Positions 1-4,588 of a DNA stretch of 5,119 bases are shown here, piece after piece (the first letter of the stretch is position 1; each line of letters begins with the position of its first letter). The DNA is from an uncultured archaeon. GTDB taxonomy: Archaea; Iainarchaeota; Iainarchaeia; Iainarchaeales; CSSED10-239. The stretch covers positions 1-5,119 of the forward strand of contig CAZQEL010000035.1 of NCBI GenBank assembly GCA_964591795.1, in the 5' to 3' direction. The translations under genes were made by a program, and so were the position numbers. The notes beneath the pieces are model-generated. The model did no database searches and was not told where the DNA came from. It saw nothing but the letters and a program-made list of their open reading frames with translations.

Positions 1-1
1 A

Positions 2-205
2 TCAGTTTATACTGATAAACAAGTATTTCAAGAATCATTAGTTTATTCTAGTTTTAATAGTTCTGACTCTGATGTAATTATTGCTAGTGATTATTTTTGG
101 TGTTCTAGATTTTTTTATTATGATGCAAATACATCAAATTCGGGATACAATTTTTTAGATTCTAAAATATATTGTGAGGATTATAATGGAAAAAGGTTTA
201 TTTAG
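2..205 (+). CDS. 3' end of an ORF truncated by the window edge: hypothetical, probably extracytoplasmic protein (last 67 codons plus TAG)
   Basis: Frame 2 is open from the window edge for 67 sense codons (SVYTDKQVFQESLVYSSFNSSDSDVIIASDYFWCSRFFYYDANTSNSGYNFLDSKIYCEDYNGKRFI*), ending at TAG 203-205. In DNA this AT-rich, stops are very frequent in non-coding frames, so a run this long is unlikely by chance. It is absent from the ORF track because it has no start in the window. The peptide is Ser/Asn/Asp/Tyr-rich, with 2 Cys and N-x-S/T sequons (NSS, NTS). I recognise no family. Confidence 0.55.
   Translation, partial: SVYTDKQVFQESLVYSSFNSSDSDVIIASDYFWCSRFFYYDANTSNSGYNFLDSKIYCEDYNGKRFI
176..180 (+). 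promoter_or_regulatory. Shine-Dalgarno-like GAGGA, 5 nt upstream of ATG 186
   Basis: GAGGA at 176-180 partly matches the complement of the conserved CCUCC 3' end of 16S rRNA. It is followed by the spacer ttata and then ATG 186-188, and it lies inside the 3' end of the upstream ORF. Confidence 0.4.
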
Positions 206-689
206 TTCTTTATTTATTATTACAATGATTTTATTGTTAACACCTACACTTGTAATTTCAAATCAATCACACTATGTTACTGATACTTATAATTATTTAA
301 CTTTAGCGACTATTTCTGTAGATAATGTAATTGTTGATGCAGTTATGGATGAATCTTTCCAATCTTCTTGTATTTTAAAAACAGATAATGATTATGATGC
401 AGAAGTAGTAAGTTATCTTGAGCTCTTTATTAATGAGTTAAATTCTTTAGATTATACTAATATTTCTTGCATTTATCAAGATTATCAAGGTAATCTATTG
501 GGTTCAGTTTATACTGGTAGTTTAAAGTTAAAATGTTCACAGAGTAATAAATTTACATCTGTAACATTAGAAAAAGAATTATTATTTAAAAAAGAAATTT
601 CTGCAATAGATGATGGTGCTGGTAATTGTACTATAACTATTAGAGATTCGCTTGATGGCGGTAATGTAGTTGCACAACAAGTAAGATAA
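186..689 (+). CDS. Small (167 aa) exported or N-terminally membrane-anchored protein of unknown function
   Basis: The track ORF 174-689 opens with GTG. I prefer the in-frame ATG at 186 because it has the SD-like GAGGA at correct spacing and gives a classic n-region/h-region N-terminus (MEK-GLFSSLFIITMILLLTPTLVIS). The rest is acidic, with 4 Cys (C62, C95, C117, C148 from ATG 186) and three N-x-S/T sequons (NQS, NIS, NCT), which suggests an extracytoplasmic location. Stop is TAA 687-689. No family recognised. Confidence 0.7.
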   Translation: MEKGLFSSLFIITMILLLTPTLVISNQSHYVTDTYNYLTLATISVDNVIVDAVMDESFQSSCILKTDNDYDAEVVSYLELFINELNSLDYTNISCIYQDYQGNLLGSVYTGSLKLKCSQSNKFTSVTLEKELLFKKEISAIDDGAGNCTITIRDSLDGGNVVAQQVR

Positions 690-691
690 TT

Positions 692-2479
692 TTAAACACT
701 ATAATAATATTTGTTATCTTTTCTTTGTTCTTTGTCTTTTTGAGAATCTAATTTATTTGCTCTAGGTCTTTTTGTATCTGGATCTTGTCTAAATGTTATA
801 TTTTGTTCTTTTAAAAATTTATTAAAAGATACTTCTATTTTATCGATTTTGTTTGCAATACCTTTTTTAGATGCTTCTCCTTCAAACAATAAAATTCTAT
901 CTGATATATAATCTATTAACAAAAGATCGTGATCTACTACAAGTGCACTTCTTTCTGTTTTTGAAATTACACTTTTTATAACATTTGAAACAATTAGTCT
1001 TTGTTCAATGTCTAAGAAAGCAGATGGTTCATCTATTAAATAAATGTCAACGTCTTTTGATAAGGTTTGTGCAATTGCAACTTTTTGAAGTTCTCCACCT
1101 GATAGAGATGAAATTGTTTGATCGATAATACTATCAATATCTAATTGACGTCTTAGTTCTGAATTAAATATTTCTTGATTAATATCTTTTTGTTTAAATA
1201 TTTCATTAACAGTGGAGTCTTCTGGAAGATTAATATATTGTGGTTTGTATGCAATTTTTAATTTTAAATTTATATCCATATTATCAGGTTTTATTTCACC
1301 GGCAAGTATTTTTATAAAAGTTGTTTTTCCAATTGCGTTTTGTCCAAGAATACCAATTATTTCTCCTTTGTAGATTGTTCCTTCTTCAACATTAAGTTTG
1401 AAGCTTCCAAGTGTTTTTTTAAAATTAGGATAATTTATTAATTTTATAACTTTATTATTATTATCAAATTTAGCTGAACTAAATTCTATTTTATAATCTC
1501 TAATTCTTATGTTTTCTTCTTTTAAAAATCCATCAATAAACTCATTAATTCCTTTTTTTGTTGTTTTTTTATTTGAAGATTGTCCGTATGCATTTTTTTT
1601 ACCAAACATAATTTGGGTGAAATCACTAACATAATCCATAATTGCAAGATCATGTTCTATTAACATAATTGACGTATCTTTATTTACTTTTTTTCTTAGT
1701 ATTTTAGCAATTCTAAATCTTTGTTTAATATCTAAAAAAGTAGTGTATTCATCAAAAAAATAAAGTTTAGCATCCTTTAAAAGACATGCTGCAATTGCTA
1801 TTCTTTGTAGTTCACCACCTGATACTTCAGTTGGAACTTTTGAAAGTAAATTTTCTATTTCAAGTTCGTTAATAATTTTATTATAATATTCTTTATTTGT
1901 GGTTATGTTTTCTAAAAGTTCTTTAATTGTTTTTTTAAATATTTTAGGTATTTCTTCTACTTTTTGAATTTTATAAGCAAAAGATAATTTTTTATCTTTT
2001 ATTTCTAAAAAGTTTTTTTGTAAACTTTTTCCTTTATAATAATTTATCACTTTGTCAATGTCTTTTTTTTCAGTGTAATTACCGAGATTTGGTATTGTTT
2101 GACCTGAGAGAATATTTATTGAAGTAGTTTTTCCAGAACCATTAATTCCAATTATTCCTGTAATAAATCCTTTTTCAGAAACAGGTAGTGAATATACTCT
2201 AAATGTATTCTTTCCAAATTGATGTATTGGATTTCCAAACTTAATTCCTGTGTTTATTATTGTAATAGCTTTAAACGGACATTTGTTTGGACAAATTCCA
2301 CAACCTGTACATAGTTCTTCATTAATTATTGGTGGGATGTTAGCATCTCTATTAATTATTTCAATTGCGTCTTCACCCATTTTTACTGGGGGGCATACTC
2401 TATGACACAAATAGTTACATGCTTTTGGTTGACATTTATTTTTATCTATTACTGCAATTCTTGTATATTCTGTAGCCAT
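692..2479 (-). CDS. ABCE1: ABCE1 / Rli1 (RNase L inhibitor homologue), the ribosome-recycling twin-ATPase with an N-terminal di-[4Fe-4S] domain
   Basis: 595 aa, a typical length. The N-terminal cysteine clusters are C-x4-C-x3-C-x3-C-P (CQPKACNYLCHRVCP) and C-x2-C-x2-C-x3-C-P (CTGCGICPNKCP), which are diagnostic for ABCE1. There are two ABC nucleotide-binding domains. Walker A motifs are GINGSGKTT and GQNAIGKTT, signature motifs are SGGELQR and SGGELQK, Walker B motifs are LYFFDE and IYLIDE, and H-loops are IEHDL and VDHDL. The characteristic C-terminus RPRANK...KDKEQRK...YY is present. Confidence 0.97.
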   Translation of the reverse strand: MATEYTRIAVIDKNKCQPKACNYLCHRVCPPVKMGEDAIEIINRDANIPPIINEELCTGCGICPNKCPFKAITIINTGIKFGNPIHQFGKNTFRVYSLPVSEKGFITGIIGINGSGKTTSINILSGQTIPNLGNYTEKKDIDKVINYYKGKSLQKNFLEIKDKKLSFAYKIQKVEEIPKIFKKTIKELLENITTNKEYYNKIINELEIENLLSKVPTEVSGGELQRIAIAACLLKDAKLYFFDEYTTFLDIKQRFRIAKILRKKVNKDTSIMLIEHDLAIMDYVSDFTQIMFGKKNAYGQSSNKKTTKKGINEFIDGFLKEENIRIRDYKIEFSSAKFDNNNKVIKLINYPNFKKTLGSFKLNVEEGTIYKGEIIGILGQNAIGKTTFIKILAGEIKPDNMDINLKLKIAYKPQYINLPEDSTVNEIFKQKDINQEIFNSELRRQLDIDSIIDQTISSLSGGELQKVAIAQTLSKDVDIYLIDEPSAFLDIEQRLIVSNVIKSVISKTERSALVVDHDLLLIDYISDRILLFEGEASKKGIANKIDKIEVSFNKFLKEQNITFRQDPDTKRPRANKLDSQKDKEQRKDNKYYYSV

Positions 2480-2481
2480 AT

Positions 2482-3195
2482 TTAATCATTTTTTATAAAT
2501 TTAAGTGTTTCTGTGTTGTAAGTATATTTATTTTTATTTGGAATTATTTTCACATTAAATCCTATTTCTTTAAAAAAATTAATATAATCTTGTCCATTCC
2601 AGTTATTATTTCCTTTGTTTATTTTTTTTAAATAATTTATTATATTTATTTCTATAATTTCTTTTGAAAGATAATTAAAATTTTTATTAAATTCATTGTA
2701 TGTCATTTGTTTAGTCATTATTTTTTCTGCAGATATATCTATATATCTATTAAGCAATTCTATTTCTTTTAAAAAAGCTTTATTTTTTTGAGTATATTTG
2801 TAATGTATTCTTCCTACTTCATGTCCTTTTTTATCAGTTACAAAAATTATATTTGGTTTTTTACTATTTGTAATTGGTAATTTTATTAAATCTGGAATTG
2901 ATGGAAAATCTATTGTATTATGAGTTTTTAGGTGTGTGTGTATAGCATATAATTTATTAGAGTTTATTTTTATTTTTTTTTCAATAAGTTTTAGTAAATA
3001 TTTTTTAATTTGTATCCTACTATGTTTTACAGATATGTTTGTTTGTTTAGAAGATACATTTTTTATTTTTTTTCTAGGAGCTTTTATAAAAGCATGTTCT
3101 AAATGGGTTTTGTTTTTTATTTCTTTTTTAATTTGTGATCTTACAGATGGTTTTAATTTATTTTTAATTTTTTTTATAAATTTTGGTGAAGTCAT
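2482..3195 (-). CDS. Lysine-rich 237-aa orphan protein with a candidate JAMM/MPN-like metal-site motif (H86-x-H88-x10-S99-x2-D102). Function unknown.
   Basis: This is an uninterrupted 237-codon frame in stop-rich AT DNA. Its ATG 3193-3195 lies 3 nt after the RFC-L stop, and its TAA 2482-2484 lies 2 nt before the ABCE1 ATG, so it fits an operon exactly. The N-terminal ~80 aa are extremely basic (K/R-rich). Residues 82-102 read LYAIHTHLKTHNTIDFPSIPD. The C-terminal ~100 aa match no family I recognise. The call that it is coding is fairly secure, but the functional call is weak. Confidence 0.75.
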   Translation of the reverse strand: MTSPKFIKKIKNKLKPSVRSQIKKEIKNKTHLEHAFIKAPRKKIKNVSSKQTNISVKHSRIQIKKYLLKLIEKKIKINSNKLYAIHTHLKTHNTIDFPSIPDLIKLPITNSKKPNIIFVTDKKGHEVGRIHYKYTQKNKAFLKEIELLNRYIDISAEKIMTKQMTYNEFNKNFNYLSKEIIEINIINYLKKINKGNNNWNGQDYINFFKEIGFNVKIIPNKNKYTYNTETLKFIKND

Positions 3196-3198
3196 ATT

Positions 3199-4476
3199 TT
3201 ATTTTATTTTTTTTATTTTTATTTTTTCAGAAGGTATTCCTGTAATTTCAACATATGTTTTTTCAGTAATTTTACATCCAAGTGTTTTTGCTTCTTCTAG
3301 TTCTAGATTAAAATATTTAATTATATCTTCAGTATATTTATTTGTTTTTGCAATAATTAAAAGAAATGGTAAATAATCTCTTTTAAGTATATGTTTTGAT
3401 GCATGAATTTTTTCTTGCATTTTTAAAATTGTATTATTTAGTATTATTCTTTCTTTTTTATTACCACTAAGTTTTTTTAAAAAAGCAGGGAATACAAAAG
3501 GAGAAAAACCACCTGTTTCTCTTTCAATTTTAGCGTATGCAACACCAATTGTTAAATAATCAAAAACATATTTTAATAGAATCCATTTTGTTTGTTTTAT
3601 TCTTCCTTTAAATAGATCTGCTTTACTTAATGCTTCCATTCCTCTTGCCAAGTTTTCTGGATTTTTGTATTTTCGTGGTACATTTTCTTCAAGCCATGCA
3701 AATAGAAGTTCCCAATTTATACTAAGATCATTAATTGCATTTTTTGTATCATAAAAATTCTTTGGATAGAAAATTTTACCCAGTACTTTAAAGATATCTT
3801 CATCTCTTTTTCGTTTTCCAAGAGATTCTATATCTTCAAGTGTTATTTTATTTGAATCACAAAGAGTCCCAAGATCTAAAAGTAATGCTCTTATATCGTT
3901 TTTTGTGTTTTCAACAAGTGTCTTTAATGACATTAAATCATAATCTTTGTTTTCTTTATCACAAATATCTTTTGCAAATTTAAGAATTGATAATTTATTT
4001 GGTAAATCAAATCTTACTTTTAGACATTTTTCAAAAACAGGTCTTAATTTTTTATTTTCATAAGGATCATTAGCAATAAGTATAATTGGTTGTTTAGTTT
4101 TATCTAGAATTTTTAATATTTCAGAAAAACCACCGGAATCTCCTCCTCCTCGTTTATCATCCATCGCATCTATTTCATCTAAGAGAATAAGTCTTTTTTT
4201 ACCAAAGATATTAACTCCTGTCATTGCTATTTGTGACAGATTTGCTATTGCTTCTTTACCTCTAATATCAGAAGCATCGGTATGATATATTGAATAATCA
4301 AATTCTTTTGAAATTAAGTTTATACATAGCGTTTTACCAATACCACTTTCTCCATATATAAAAATAGGTTTTGTAGGTTCTTTTCGAAGACTTTCTTTAA
4401 TTGTCTCCATTTGTTTTTTTTGTCCTATTATTTTTGATGTATTTGTAGGAGTATACTTTTTTAAAATGTCAACCAT
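3199..4476 (-). CDS. rfcL: Replication factor C (clamp loader) large subunit, AAA+ ATPase
   Basis: 425 aa. The N-terminal RFC box is L-KKYTP-x5-KIIGQ (compare W-EKYRP...VGQ). Walker A is GESGIGKT and Walker B is LILLDEIDAM, followed by DKRGGGDSGG, the (D)RGG element typical of RFC1/RFC-L. Sensor 1 is IILIANDPY, and there is an NDIRALLLDL helix (compare GD-R-AIN-LQ). There is no SRC motif, and it is longer than small subunits, so I call it the large subunit. It is divergently paired with PCNA. Confidence 0.88.
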   Translation of the reverse strand: MVDILKKYTPTNTSKIIGQKKQMETIKESLRKEPTKPIFIYGESGIGKTLCINLISKEFDYSIYHTDASDIRGKEAIANLSQIAMTGVNIFGKKRLILLDEIDAMDDKRGGGDSGGFSEILKILDKTKQPIILIANDPYENKKLRPVFEKCLKVRFDLPNKLSILKFAKDICDKENKDYDLMSLKTLVENTKNDIRALLLDLGTLCDSNKITLEDIESLGKRKRDEDIFKVLGKIFYPKNFYDTKNAINDLSINWELLFAWLEENVPRKYKNPENLARGMEALSKADLFKGRIKQTKWILLKYVFDYLTIGVAYAKIERETGGFSPFVFPAFLKKLSGNKKERIILNNTILKMQEKIHASKHILKRDYLPFLLIIAKTNKYTEDIIKYFNLELEEAKTLGCKITEKTYVEITGIPSEKIKIKKIK

Positions 4477-4508
4477 GATATATTATATTTAGGAAGTAAT
4501 TAAAAACT

Positions 4509-4526
4509 TTATTACACATGTAATAA
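4509..4526. repeat. Inverted repeat TTATTACA-ca-TGTAATAA (8-bp perfect arms, 2-nt spacer), a candidate operator
   Basis: Read directly: 4509-4516 TTATTACA, spacer CA, and 4519-4526 TGTAATAA, which is the exact reverse complement. It abuts the RFC-L-oriented TATA-like element. The arms are short and AT-rich, so a chance occurrence is not excluded. Confidence 0.35.
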
Positions 4527-4534
4527 TTATAAAA
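4527..4534 (-). promoter_or_regulatory. Candidate archaeal TATA box for the RFC-L operon (TTTTATAA on the minus strand)
   Basis: It matches the archaeal TTTAWATA-type consensus and lies ~50 nt upstream of ATG 4476, which implies a TSS near 4505 and a ~28-nt leader. In DNA this AT-rich, TATA-like strings are common. Confidence 0.3.
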
Positions 4535-4544
4535 AAGACTCTAT

Positions 4545-4552
4545 TTTATAAA
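4545..4552 (+). promoter_or_regulatory. Candidate archaeal TATA box for PCNA (TTTATAAA)
   Basis: It lies ~40 nt upstream of ATG 4589, which implies a TSS around 4573-4577 and a short leader. That leader contains GTGAT (4579-4583), complementary to the AUCAC of the 16S rRNA 3' end, 5 nt before the ATG. Confidence 0.3.
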
Positions 4553-4588
4553 CTTTATTAACTAATATTAAATAAAATGTGATTAATT

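Larger units (their letters stand above)
4477..4588. promoter_or_regulatory. Shared divergent promoter region for RFC-L (minus strand) and PCNA (plus strand)
   Basis: This is the only sizeable non-coding stretch in the window (112 bp), and it sits between two divergent start codons. It holds two oppositely oriented TATA-like octamers and an inverted repeat (see the separate entries). Confidence 0.6.

Noticed and set aside
174-185. GTG at 174 as the start of the 174-689 ORF (MRII-MEK...)
   Set aside because: The GTG overlaps the SD-like GAGGA itself and has no RBS of its own. ATG 186 has correct SD spacing and gives a canonical short charged n-region before the hydrophobic segment.
1730-1759. 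ABCE1 NBD1 Walker B/D-loop reads FFDEYTTFLD instead of the usual FDEPSSYLD-type sequence, suggesting a possible degenerate ATP site
   Set aside because: The catalytic Asp-Glu pair, signature motif, Walker A and H-loop of this site are all intact. The Pro-to-Tyr and Ser-to-Thr changes are peripheral and best explained by AT-driven drift.
2386-2394. A G6 run, and the GC-rich patch at 4130-4152, as possible structured-RNA islands in an AT-rich background
   Set aside because: Both lie in-frame inside strong CDSs and encode conserved residues: Cys-Pro-Pro of the ABCE1 FeS cluster and the RGGGDSGG element of RFC-L. There is no flanking stem potential and no intergenic location.
2572-2592. PIP-box-like QDYINFF (residues 202-208) in the orphan protein next to RFC-L and PCNA
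   Set aside because: The register is off by one: it reads Q-x-x-I-x-F-F, whereas the canonical box is Q-x-x-h-x-x-a-a. It is not at a terminus, and F/Y/N/I-rich strings are common in this proteome. It is worth testing only by complex modelling and is not claimable from sequence.
2482-2600. C-terminal FFKEIGFNVKIIPNKNKYTYNTE segment resembling the L-x-x-x-GF helix-strand start of HicA/YcfA-type toxins
   Set aside because: There is no G-S-H catalytic element and no adjacent antitoxin-like gene, and the resemblance rests on a few residues in a compositionally biased protein.
2929-2940. HTHLKTH read as a metallo-beta-lactamase (H-x-H-x-D-H), cupin or amidohydrolase/PHP-type H-x-H motif
   Set aside because: The spacing does not fit H-x-H-x-D-H, and there is no cupin G-x5-H-x-H-x3,4-E context. 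The protein is also too small and wrongly organised for amidohydrolase or PHP folds. The downstream P-S-x-x-D-L fits JAMM better.
2931-2940. (GT)5 dinucleotide run, unusual in this AT-rich DNA, as a possible slippage or phase-variation tract
   Set aside because: It simply encodes His-Thr-His (cac aca cac on the minus strand) at the candidate metal site. Five units is short for programmed slippage, and the frame is intact.
3196-3232. Periodic A-T(4-8) tract (attttattttattttttttatttttatttttt) that looks like a tandem repeat or terminator
   Set aside because: It is the reverse complement of the AAA/ATA codons encoding the RFC-L C-terminal EKIKIKKIK tail plus the 3-nt spacer. It is coding low complexity, not a structured repeat.
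2936-3376. 146-aa ORF on the + strand from the supplied track
   Set aside because: It is a shadow ORF. It lies antisense to Lys-rich coding sequence, where AAA/AAG codons read as TTT/CTT, so the frame stays open by composition alone. The product is low-complexity Phe/Ile/Leu. It starts at GTG and straddles the boundary of two well-supported minus-strand genes.
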